Positions 38,586 through 47,326 of a stretch of 64,000 nucleotides of DNA are shown here, one piece after another. The position numbers and the translations under genes are program-made. Below the pieces are notes generated by a model. It had not been told where the DNA came from and did no database searches. It was given only the letters and a program-made list of their open reading frames with translations. Position 1 is the stretch's first letter. Every line of letters starts with the position of its first letter. Origin of the DNA: a virus (Duplodnaviria; Caudoviricetes); the IMG/VR virus record IMGVR_UViG_3300023170_004399, positions 205,599 through 269,598 of that record; one strand, given 5' to 3'.

Positions 38586-38805
38586 CCTAGTATACATACA
38601 ACATTATCCAGACCACGCAAACACGTGTAAATTTTCTGGCTGTCCTACTTGGAGACCAGCAGTTGGGTTATTAATAGAAAAGTTATACGAGCATGATGGA
38701 AGTCAGACAAGAGTTATCGTTTTGGTTGAAGGAAAAGAAAAGTGTTTTATGAATTATCATTTAAAACTTATGGAGACGCAAAATGAAGGTAGGCGATCTT
38801 GTTAA
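38572..38805 (+). CDS. Small SH3-like protein (MKAGDLV)
   Basis: GTG start after GGAG embedded in upstream gene; GLLIEK, VIVLV. Confidence 0.6.
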   Translation: MKAGDLVYIQHYPDHANTCKFSGCPTWRPAVGLLIEKLYEHDGSQTRVIVLVEGKEKCFMNYHLKLMETQNEGRRSC

Positions 38806-39013
38806 AAGAAAAGTATCTGAAGGTTGTATAAATAGGATGTTAATAAAAACGTCTGGCAAGTATGGCTTAATTGTTAGTGTCAATAAATATGATCCTACAT
38901 GTGTGATAGTTTATTGGGCATATTCAGGAAATTCATATTCTATAAGTAAATCATTTTTGGAGGTTGTAAATGAGTTGGGAACAAAGGATGAAAGATTGGA
39001 ATCACGTTGTTAA
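38783..39013 (+). CDS. Small SH3-like protein (MKVGDLV)
   Basis: GLIVSV, VIVYW, FLEVVNE. Confidence 0.65.
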   Translation: MKVGDLVKRKVSEGCINRMLIKTSGKYGLIVSVNKYDPTCVIVYWAYSGNSYSISKSFLEVVNELGTKDERLESRC

Positions 39014-39218
39014 TGTTGGTGATTTAGTTAGGTGGACTGGTGAACAAGGTTGGAAACCGGTAAAAACTGGGTCTGTTGGCATAGTTTTAAAAATGGATCC
39101 GTGGAGAGTTGTAGATTTTGACGTACTTTTTGAAGATGGCAGTATAATGACATGTCACAAAAAAGATTTAGTAATTTTACAAAAAGGAGGTAACAATGAC
39201 ACAAAAAAAGAAAAGTAA
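38970..39218 (+). CDS. Small SH3-like protein (NVGDLV)
   Basis: VNVGDLVRW, GIVLK, DVLFEDG, KDLVIL. Confidence 0.65.
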   Translation: MSWEQRMKDWNHVVNVGDLVRWTGEQGWKPVKTGSVGIVLKMDPWRVVDFDVLFEDGSIMTCHKKDLVILQKGGNNDTKKEK

Positions 39219-39531
39219 AAGTACAGGCGGAGGAGGGGTTGATTTAAAAGACAGGAATGAGGAGAAGTCTAAATTAACACCGCCAAAAAAATACAATGTA
39301 GTTTTTTATAATGATGACTATACCCCAATGGAATTTGTATGGTTAGTACTGATGATGGTGTTCGGACATAATGAGGCGACTGCATGGAAAATCATGATGG
39401 ACGTACATGAGAACGGTAAAGGAATAGCCGGTACATATAACAAAGAAATAGCAGCTATGAAAGTTAAAAAGTCAATGAGTTTAGCCAAAGAAAGTCAGCA
39501 TCCACTTTTAGTACAAGCAGAGGAGGTATAA
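39196..39531 (+). CDS. clpS: ATP-dependent Clp protease adaptor ClpS
   Basis: PKKYNVVFYNDDYTPMEFV, MMDVHENGKG, HPL. Confidence 0.92.
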   Translation: MTQKKKSKSTGGGGVDLKDRNEEKSKLTPPKKYNVVFYNDDYTPMEFVWLVLMMVFGHNEATAWKIMMDVHENGKGIAGTYNKEIAAMKVKKSMSLAKESQHPLLVQAEEV

Positions 39532-40412
39532 TGTATGAGTTACACGTGCATTTAGATGGTTCTATTAGACGCGAAACATTTTTAGAATTAGCTAAATATT
39601 ACAATATTGATGTCACATCAGATTTTGGTTTTAAAAAAGGCATGAGTTTGATTGATGCTTTAGGTATGTTCCATAAAACTGTGGCTGTCATGAAAGATAT
39701 GAATAATATCACTAGAATTACATCCGAGCTTTGTGACGATTTAAAAAATGACGGTGTTGAATATGCAGAGATAAGGTTTGCACCTCAGTTACACTCTAAA
39801 GATATTACTAGTGTAATTAAAGCAGCACATGATGGTTTAAAATATGGCTACAATCTAATATTGTGTGGACTATATGGGGAACACCCATCTATTTTAGAAA
39901 ACTTGATTGACAAAGGAAAAGAATTCCAATCAGTTGTAGGTATTGATCTAGCAGGTGCACCTCAACCTAATCATAAATATGGACTGTTTGATTATAAAGA
40001 TGCTTACAAAGAAGCTAAAAACCTGGGTTTCGGTAGGACAGCACATGTAGCTGAAGGCAGAAATTCTGTTGAAATATATCAAGCAGTTACTTATTTAGAA
40101 GTGCAGCGTATAGGACATGCTACAAGTGTGTTAGAAATACCATGGTTGATAGAGTTTCTTAGAGACAAAAAAATAACTATTGAGGCATGTGTAACCAGTA
40201 ATGTGCATACTGGAATATTCTTAAGTGAAGAAGACCATCCAATTAAGAAATGGATTGAGCTTGATATGCCAGTTGCTATATGTGCTGATAATACTTTGAT
40301 GTCAAAAATAACTACTAGTCAGGAAATTCAGAAACTTAGAACTAAGTGTGGTTTAACTGACAAACATATTAAACATTGCATGAAGTCAGCTAGGGCAGCT
40401 AGATTTTTTTAG
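39531..40412 (+). CDS. add: Adenosine/adenine deaminase
   Basis: ELHVHLDGS, YAEIRFAP, GIDLAG, TAHVAE, RIGHA, EACVTSN, ADN. Confidence 0.88.
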   Translation: MYELHVHLDGSIRRETFLELAKYYNIDVTSDFGFKKGMSLIDALGMFHKTVAVMKDMNNITRITSELCDDLKNDGVEYAEIRFAPQLHSKDITSVIKAAHDGLKYGYNLILCGLYGEHPSILENLIDKGKEFQSVVGIDLAGAPQPNHKYGLFDYKDAYKEAKNLGFGRTAHVAEGRNSVEIYQAVTYLEVQRIGHATSVLEIPWLIEFLRDKKITIEACVTSNVHTGIFLSEEDHPIKKWIELDMPVAICADNTLMSKITTSQEIQKLRTKCGLTDKHIKHCMKSARAARFF

Positions 40413-40420
40413 GAGTATAT

Positions 40421-40861
40421 ATGAAAAAAGAATTACAAGATGATTTATTTAAAAAGTATCCAAAGCTTTACAGACAAAAAGATGAGCCTTACACAAGATC
40501 ACTGATGTGTTTTGGCTTTGCGTGTGGTGACGGTTGGTATAATATATTAGATACCTTAAGTGCTGAAATTCAGGATCGTGTGGATTACATCAATGGTGAA
40601 GGTAAACATGCATATAGAAAGCAGTGGTTGCCTGAAGATCATGTTAACACAATAGTTGAAGCATGCCAGGTAAAAGAGAAATATGGGACACTAAGATTTT
40701 ACTATGATGGCAATGATGACTTTATAGAAGGATTGGTTTCATTTGCAGAATCATTATCAGCTAAGACTTGTGAAATATGTGGTCAACCTGGTGTTCTAGA
40801 AACTAAAGGTTGGCATAAAGTTAGATGTAAAAAACATGAAGGCTTACCGTTAAAATATTAA
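40421..40861 (+). CDS. Conserved hypothetical protein with C-terminal Zn-finger
   Basis: CGDGW, QVKEKYGTLRFY, TCEICG, RCKKH. Confidence 0.65.
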   Translation: MKKELQDDLFKKYPKLYRQKDEPYTRSLMCFGFACGDGWYNILDTLSAEIQDRVDYINGEGKHAYRKQWLPEDHVNTIVEACQVKEKYGTLRFYYDGNDDFIEGLVSFAESLSAKTCEICGQPGVLETKGWHKVRCKKHEGLPLKY

Positions 40862-40954
40862 AAAAGGAAAGGCTGTTTTGGTGTTTTATACAACAAAAGA
40901 AAAGGCTGTATAGTATATCATATTAGTTGTGATACTTCTTTATTGTTAGTTGTT

Positions 40955-40982
40955 AAGAGAGGGCATGTCCCTCTCTTTTTTT
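40955..40982 (+). terminator. Rho-independent terminator
   Basis: AAGAGAGGG-CATGT-CCCTCTCTT then T tract. Confidence 0.85.
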
Positions 40983-41004
40983 AATTTGCGGCATAGTTAT
41001 TAAT

Positions 41005-41436
41005 ATGTTTAGTAAAAATGATATTGTAGTAATATTAGGATCTACGAAAAAAGATGATTGTTATTCTAACTTTACTTTTAATCTGGCTACTGTAGTTGCT
41101 GTTGGAAAATATGATTTAGTTGTAAAAAACTTTAGTGGATTGTATAAATCTGATTTTGTTGTGTCGAAATCTGCTTGTCAGAAAATAGAGTTTAGTAAAC
41201 TAAAAACACATTGTACAAAAAAAGAGCCAAAAATTAATGATTTAGTTTTATACACAAAGAGAAAATATAAATCATATAAAGAAGACGATTTACTTTTTAT
41301 TGGTAACGGGATATTAATTGAAATAGAGGACAAGCCCGGTGAAAGTTTAATGTGTAAGATATTGAATGATAAAGAAACTATTACGGTTCCTATAAAAGAT
41401 GTTGTTGTGTTGGAAGACGTACGTGGTAAAAGGTAA
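41005..41436 (+). CDS. Tandem SH3-like domain protein
   Basis: Two units: SKNDIVV.. and KINDLVLY..GILIEI. Confidence 0.55.
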   Translation: MFSKNDIVVILGSTKKDDCYSNFTFNLATVVAVGKYDLVVKNFSGLYKSDFVVSKSACQKIEFSKLKTHCTKKEPKINDLVLYTKRKYKSYKEDDLLFIGNGILIEIEDKPGESLMCKILNDKETITVPIKDVVVLEDVRGKR

Positions 41437-41623
41437 TACATATATTGTAATAGAAGATTATGGCATTTTAAAAAAAGGCATGAAGTTGTATTGTGTCTGT
41501 GAAAACAATGATCATTATCACATGCTTGCTGACAGACCATTGTTTGATAACAATGATGCGTATAACAACTATTTCGAAATAAAACTTTCTAAAAAATTAA
41601 TGCACATATTGTCGTTAACATAA
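41423..41623 (+). CDS. Hypothetical protein
   Basis: Probable GTG start inside upstream stop region. Confidence 0.45.
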   Translation: MVKGNTYIVIEDYGILKKGMKLYCVCENNDHYHMLADRPLFDNNDAYNNYFEIKLSKKLMHILSLT

Positions 41624-41682
41624 TCTATACAATTGCAAATAATTCAATATAATAATCTACTTACTTATTTATTGGAGATAAT

Positions 41683-42072
41683 ATGAGCGATTTAAGAGAT
41701 TATTTAATTAGAGTGCTGACGGAAGGTTTGATAGTTGATACTAAGTCACAAAATTTAGCTGCTGATTTATGTACGTATTTTGATAATCATAATACTGCAG
41801 ATCTAAAAACGTTTTATGGTAAAGGCAGTTCCACTATATATTTTGAGAATTCAAAAGGTGTAACTTATCTTGAATTAGCTTGTATTGATAATAGTATATT
41901 AGTATTTAAAACCCCTGCTTACGATGGTATATTAAGTCCACTAATGTCTGGAAAAATATTAATGGTTGTTATGTCATTCTTGGAAAACAATGATGATATA
42001 AATTCTTATGATTTAGTAGGTGGTTTGGCAAATAAAAAAGAAAAAAATGAAGTAGATTTTGGTATTGTATAA
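41683..42072 (+). CDS. Hypothetical protein
   Basis: GGAG RBS. Confidence 0.55.
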   Translation: MSDLRDYLIRVLTEGLIVDTKSQNLAADLCTYFDNHNTADLKTFYGKGSSTIYFENSKGVTYLELACIDNSILVFKTPAYDGILSPLMSGKILMVVMSFLENNDDINSYDLVGGLANKKEKNEVDFGIV

Positions 42073-42081
42073 GGAGAAAAC

Positions 42082-43179
42082 GTGGAAACTAGATTATATA
42101 TTAAATACAAAGATGGAAATCAAAAAAACATGTATGTTGATTACCCTGTTAAAAGCAATGGGTATTCTGGCACTACAATAGGAGAATTGGTTTTTAATAC
42201 TAGTATGACTGGGTATCAGGAAATTTTAACTGATCCATCATATAAAGGTCAAATAGTATTGATGACTGCTAATCATATTGGAAACACGGGAGTAAACACT
42301 GCAGATGTAGAATCTGAAAGGGTTTGGCCTCGAGGTTTATTGGCTAGGAATATTGACTTAATTAAAAAACCTAGCAACTGGAGATCAGAGAAAAATATAG
42401 TTGAATACTCTAAGGAAAATAAGTTTTCACTGGTTAGTGGTATTGACACTAGATATATCACTAAATTAATTAGAAATAATACGAATGTTGTTGCATGTAT
42501 ATCTAGTGAGGATAGAAACTCTGTTAAGAAATTGTTAGATCAATTTAGTTATGAAGATGAATCTAAAGCTTCTGATGCTTCTAGATCATTTACTGTAAAT
42601 AAAACAAAAACTGGCAATGGTTTTAAAGTTAACTTAATAGATTGCGGTTACAAAAGTAATATCTCGAGATTATTAACTAAGTATGGTTGTGATGTCACAG
42701 TCGTTAATGTAAATGACAGTTTATTTAATTGGACAAATGACTGTGATGCTTTATTTTTTAGTAATGGACCAGGCGATCCCACTGTTATGACAGAGGCTAT
42801 CGACAAGATTAAATCTATAATGGGAACAAAGCCAATGTTAGGTATATGCATGGGTCATCAGCTGATATCACTTGCTATAGGCGGGAAAGTTTACAAAATG
42901 CCGTTTGGCCACCGCGGTGCAAATCATCCAGTTATAGATTTAAAAACTAAAAAAATAGCTATAACTAGTCAAAATCACGGTTATTGTGTTGATAGAAGTA
43001 TTGGTGAAATAGCGACAATAACACATATAAATTTAAATGATCAAACGGTGGCTGGAATTGAGTGTTATAAAAACAAGGTTTCTAGTGTACAATATCATCC
43101 TGAAGCCAAACCTGGCCCAGAAGAAAGTAACAAACTAATAGAACAATTTATTGAATTTGCAAGGAGTTTTAATGCCTAA
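42082..43179 (+). CDS. carA: Carbamoyl-phosphate synthase small subunit
   Basis: [45 protein letters not shown]; AGGAG RBS, GTG start. Confidence 0.95.
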   Translation: METRLYIKYKDGNQKNMYVDYPVKSNGYSGTTIGELVFNTSMTGYQEILTDPSYKGQIVLMTANHIGNTGVNTADVESERVWPRGLLARNIDLIKKPSNWRSEKNIVEYSKENKFSLVSGIDTRYITKLIRNNTNVVACISSEDRNSVKKLLDQFSYEDESKASDASRSFTVNKTKTGNGFKVNLIDCGYKSNISRLLTKYGCDVTVVNVNDSLFNWTNDCDALFFSNGPGDPTVMTEAIDKIKSIMGTKPMLGICMGHQLISLAIGGKVYKMPFGHRGANHPVIDLKTKKIAITSQNHGYCVDRSIGEIATITHINLNDQTVAGIECYKNKVSSVQYHPEAKPGPEESNKLIEQFIEFARSFNA

Positions 43180-45871
43180 AAGAAATGATATCAAAAAAAT
43201 TATGGTTATAGGTTCAGGACCTATAGTAATTGGACAAGCATGTGAGTTTGATTATTCAGGTACACAAGCTTGTAAGGTACTTAAGAATTTAGGGTACGAG
43301 GTTGTATTACATAACTCAAATCCGGCAACTATTATGACTGACCCAGAATTTGCTGATGCTACATACATTGAACCTTTGACAGCAGAATACGCTAAAAAGA
43401 TTATTGAGAAAGAAAAACCATGTGCAATATTACCAACAGTCGGTGGTCAAACTGGTTTAAATCTAGCAATGGAGTTATATAAGTTAGGTGTTTTAGATGA
43501 GCACAACGTTGAATTAATTGGGGCAAAGCCTGATGCAATAGAAATTGCTGAAGATAGAGAAATGTTTAAAAATAAGATGATTGAAAAAGGTATACCAGTT
43601 GCTCCTTCTGGTATAGCTCATAACTTAGATGATGCGAAACAAATATTGAATGATATTGGTTTACCATTAATTATCAGACCTTCATACACATTAGGCGGAG
43701 AAGGCGGTGGTGTTGCCATGACAGAACAAGAATTTTATTCAATAGTTTCATTAGGTTTAGATTTAAGTCCTATCAGTCAAGTGCTTATTGAAAAAAGTGC
43801 ATTAGGTTGGAAAGAATTTGAAATGGAATTAATCAGAGACAAAGATGATAATGCTATTGTAGTTTGTTCTATAGAAAACTTTGATCCTATGGGTGTACAT
43901 ACTGGTGACAGTATTACTGTTGCTCCAGCACAAACGTTAACTGATGTAGAGTATCAAAAAATGCGTACAATGTCTTTTGATGTTATTCGTGCAGTCGGTG
44001 TAGAAACTGGTGGTTCAAATATTCAGTTTGCTGTCGATCCTGAAACTGGTTATATGTTTGTTATAGAAATGAATCCTCGTGTGTCGAGAAGTTCTGCTTT
44101 GGCTTCAAAGGCTACTGGCTTCCCTATAGCAAAAATAGCAGCGCAGTTAGCAGTTGGTTTAACATTAGGTGAAATAAACAATGATATAACTAAAAAGACA
44201 CCAGCTTGTTTTGAACCAGCTTTAGACTACACTGTTGTAAAAATACCCAGATGGAATACAGAAAAATTCAAAGGTGCAACCAGTACCTTAACTACACAAA
44301 TGAAGGCTGTCGGGGAAGTAATGTCCATTGGCACCAGTTTTAGTGAAGCAATGCAAAAAGCACTTTTATCATTAGAGCTTAAGTTGCCTAGTTACAACTT
44401 AGTAGCAACTGAAGATTTGTTAGAAGATATTAAAGTGCCACAACCTGATAGAATATTTAAAATACTTGAGTTGATGTCACGTAATACTCCTATATCTGAT
44501 ATACATAATTTAACAAAGATAGACACATGGTTTTTAGAAAACATGTTTGCTGAGACCAAGCTAGATAACACTGTCTTTAAAATGGTTGACACTTGCGCAG
44601 CTGAATTTAAATCAGAAACGCCATATTTGTATAGCACTACTGGCTATGAGTGTGAATTACCAATAGATAAATCAAACATTGTAACGATATTAGGCAATGG
44701 TCCAAATAGAATAGGGCAAGGTCTTGAATTTGATTACTGTTGTGTACATGCGAGCATGGCTTTGAAAGAGTTAGGTTACACTAGTGCAATGGTTAACTGC
44801 AATCCGGAAACTGTTTCAACTGATTATGACACTAGTGATATATTGTTCTTCGAACCTATTACAAAAACATATGTTGATAATATTGTAAAGACATTAGACA
44901 CAAATCTAATAGGTTCCATTGTTCAGTTTGGTGGTCAGACACCTCTTAAGTTGGCTAATCAAATAGGTAATATTTGTGGTACTGATCCTGAATCTATTGA
45001 CATATGTGAAGATAGAGAATTGTTTAATAACATGATTAAAGATTTAGGCTTCAAACAACCACCAGGTTTTATTGCTGCTAGTATATCAGATGCGCATAAA
45101 GCAAAAGATGAATTAGGTTACCCAGTATTGGTTAGACCTTCTTATGTTTTAGGTGGTAAGTGTATGCACGTTTGTTATAATGATGTAGAATTTAATAGTG
45201 CAGTTACAAAGGCTTATGATGCTAGTAATGGGAAGCCGCTTTTGGTAGATAAGTTTTTATCAAATGCAATAGAATATGATGTTGATGTTGTTTGCGATAA
45301 GTTTGGTAACTATGAAATAGCTGCTGTAATGGAACACATAGAAGAAGCTGGTATACATTCTGGTGATTCTTCTTGTATTATACCATCACTATCATTAACG
45401 AAAAAACAGCGTAGTAAAATAGAAACAATATGTGATAAGCTATGTGATGTCTTGAATGTAGTAGGACTAATGAATATTCAGTTTGCTATTAAAGAAGATG
45501 AGGTTTATATTATAGAAGTCAATCCTCGAGCAAGCCGGACTGTACCTTTTGCTAGTAAGGCAACTGGTGTACCATGGGCAAAGATAGCAACCTACATGTG
45601 TATGGGTGAAAACCTAAATGAGACAATGAAGAAGTTTAAAAGAAATAGAAAGAATTTGTTTTATGTTAAATCACCAGTCTTCCCATGGAGAAAATTCTCT
45701 GTTGATGATACATTGTTAGGACCAGAAATGAAAAGTACTGGTGAAGTAATGGGTGTTGGAAGTACGTGGCATGAGGCTTATCTAAAAGCTTTGTTAGCAA
45801 GTGGCATTAATGTTAAGAAAAGATCTAATATACTGATCTCTATTGCTGACAAAGATAAAAGTAATTTATAA
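43172..45871 (+). CDS. carB: Carbamoyl-phosphate synthase large subunit (ends at frameshift before MGS domain)
   Basis: [75 protein letters not shown]. Confidence 0.95.
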   Translation: MPKRNDIKKIMVIGSGPIVIGQACEFDYSGTQACKVLKNLGYEVVLHNSNPATIMTDPEFADATYIEPLTAEYAKKIIEKEKPCAILPTVGGQTGLNLAMELYKLGVLDEHNVELIGAKPDAIEIAEDREMFKNKMIEKGIPVAPSGIAHNLDDAKQILNDIGLPLIIRPSYTLGGEGGGVAMTEQEFYSIVSLGLDLSPISQVLIEKSALGWKEFEMELIRDKDDNAIVVCSIENFDPMGVHTGDSITVAPAQTLTDVEYQKMRTMSFDVIRAVGVETGGSNIQFAVDPETGYMFVIEMNPRVSRSSALASKATGFPIAKIAAQLAVGLTLGEINNDITKKTPACFEPALDYTVVKIPRWNTEKFKGATSTLTTQMKAVGEVMSIGTSFSEAMQKALLSLELKLPSYNLVATEDLLEDIKVPQPDRIFKILELMSRNTPISDIHNLTKIDTWFLENMFAETKLDNTVFKMVDTCAAEFKSETPYLYSTTGYECELPIDKSNIVTILGNGPNRIGQGLEFDYCCVHASMALKELGYTSAMVNCNPETVSTDYDTSDILFFEPITKTYVDNIVKTLDTNLIGSIVQFGGQTPLKLANQIGNICGTDPESIDICEDRELFNNMIKDLGFKQPPGFIAASISDAHKAKDELGYPVLVRPSYVLGGKCMHVCYNDVEFNSAVTKAYDASNGKPLLVDKFLSNAIEYDVDVVCDKFGNYEIAAVMEHIEEAGIHSGDSSCIIPSLSLTKKQRSKIETICDKLCDVLNVVGLMNIQFAIKEDEVYIIEVNPRASRTVPFASKATGVPWAKIATYMCMGENLNETMKKFKRNRKNLFYVKSPVFPWRKFSVDDTLLGPEMKSTGEVMGVGSTWHEAYLKALLASGINVKKRSNILISIADKDKSNL

Positions 45872-46239
45872 AGTCACGTGATTATTTAAAACATTTGATA
45901 AATGATTTTGGTTGTGAAATATATGCTACTAAAGGCACGTATGAAATATTGACATCGATGGGATTAGAAGTTAACTTGTCTGAGAAATTCCTTGCAGGAC
46001 AGAATAGCTCAATAAGTTTGATAGCAAATAAAAAAATCGATTTAGTATTAAACACAACCAGTGGTGAAGAACATATTAATGAAGAAGCAAAATTGAGGTT
46101 AGCGTGTTTAAGGCAGGATATACCTTGTATAACAAGTTTATTTGCAATGACAAAGTTAATAAAAGCTATAGCCTCAAAAGCTGATAAAGAAAAAATAATT
46201 GTTAGAAGTTTACAACAAATAGGGGATAATAATGATTAA
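45865..46239 (+). pseudogene. carB: CarB C-terminal MGS domain in the -1 frame (or separate small ORF)
   Basis: Frame open from 45865: [38 protein letters not shown] continues the CarB MGS domain. Confidence 0.75.
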
Positions 46240-46426
46240 ACCAGGAAACAGAGTGTCTTTATTTTATGATATAACAAAAGAAGGTGAAGTAATAGACGTA
46301 GTGTATGTTCCAACTAATACATGGCTAACTGAAGGTACAAGCTCTAAAGTAGCAAAGTACAAAGTAAGATGGTCAGATGGAACTGAGAGTATACACCCTT
46401 TTGGAGAATTAATGAGAATTGATTAA
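46232..46426 (+). CDS. Small SH3-like protein
   Basis: IKPGNRV..GEVID..KVRWSDG..ELMRI. Confidence 0.6.
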   Translation: MIKPGNRVSLFYDITKEGEVIDVVYVPTNTWLTEGTSSKVAKYKVRWSDGTESIHPFGELMRID

Positions 46427-46444
46427 AGGCGTATACTTATTTAT

Positions 46445-46663
46445 ATGGGATCTTCTGAATATTCATGTGGCGAACTAATTATAATAGATAGATTTATGAA
46501 AGGTCAAAATAAAGGTTACAACGTTGGTATATATTTAGGTGACTATTATTTTGTTACAGGAAATCGATATGCAAAGGTTTTATTCAATAATGAAATAATA
46601 GAAGTCCCATATAAACATCTAAAGAAACTGCCGGAGAAAATGTGTGGAAGCCGTTTCAAGTAA
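46445..46663 (+). CDS. Small SH3-like protein
   Basis: CGELII..GIYLG..KVLFN..HLKKL. Confidence 0.55.
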   Translation: MGSSEYSCGELIIIDRFMKGQNKGYNVGIYLGDYYFVTGNRYAKVLFNNEIIEVPYKHLKKLPEKMCGSRFK

Positions 46664-46859
46664 TGATTTTTTTGAAATAGGTGATCTAGTAATGTTTGTC
46701 CAATCTCATTTAGGATTGGCAATGAAATATAAAAATGCTCAAACTATTTGGCACATTGGAATAATAATAAGCAAAGATTCACAAACAAATTTTTGCATAG
46801 TACATTATGATGATAAAATAATTCCAGTTACTTATGATAAATTAAAAAAAATAATATAA
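46644..46859 (+). CDS. Small SH3-like protein (EIGDLV)
   Basis: FEIGDLVMF..GIIISK..VHY..KLKKI; GTG start after GGAG. Confidence 0.6.
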   Translation: MEAVSSNDFFEIGDLVMFVQSHLGLAMKYKNAQTIWHIGIIISKDSQTNFCIVHYDDKIIPVTYDKLKKII

Positions 46860-46873
46860 TTAATAAGTAAAAA

Positions 46874-47326
46874 ATGGAGATTAGTATGCGTTATAAAATG
46901 AAGGCTAGCGATTTAGCTATTGTAATAGAAACCGTAAAATATTTAGCTAAAGCAACTCCTAAAAAAAGAAATCTCGTTGAGTGTGCATGTGAAGACATGG
47001 AAGAGATGGCGGAAATGGATGGCACTGATGTTATTTCTTTAGTTATGGGTGTCGGCAAAGATGACAACTATCCCGATGAACATCATGGTGATGGTGGTAG
47101 AATGATGGATTATGGTCATACTAAATCAGATTCACATGAAGGTCGTATGACTAAGGCAAAGCTTTTCAGAATGGCACAGATGGCACAACGTTTACACGAT
47201 AAATTAGTTGACGCTGATGATTTACCTGAATGGGTGCAGGATAAGGTCACTACTGCAGAAGATAGATTAGCTTCAGCTCACGATTACATACTTTACAAAG
47301 TGTGGAGAATGAATAATGAAAAATAA
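46874..47326 (+). CDS. Conserved phage protein (EGRM..LPEWVQDK module), putative head-associated
   Basis: NLVE-C; HEGRMTKAKLFRMAQMAQRLHD..LPEWVQDKVT. Confidence 0.6.
   Translation: MEISMRYKMKASDLAIVIETVKYLAKATPKKRNLVECACEDMEEMAEMDGTDVISLVMGVGKDDNYPDEHHGDGGRMMDYGHTKSDSHEGRMTKAKLFRMAQMAQRLHDKLVDADDLPEWVQDKVTTAEDRLASAHDYILYKVWRMNNEK

Noticed and set aside
40862-40954. Possible small RNA with AAAGGCTGT repeated twice before the terminator
   Set aside because: Only a 9-nt repeat in AT-rich DNA with no stable fold or clear promoter.
41633-41661. Sixth copy of the TTGCAA promoter
   Set aside because: The -10 at 17-nt spacing is TCTACT and the upstream extension is missing, so it is too weak to list.
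45858-45871. Canonical programmed -1 slippery heptamer in carB
   Set aside because: Sequence is T AAT TTA, not X XXY YYZ, and no strong downstream structure was seen. An indel or non-canonical slip remains possible (see finding).
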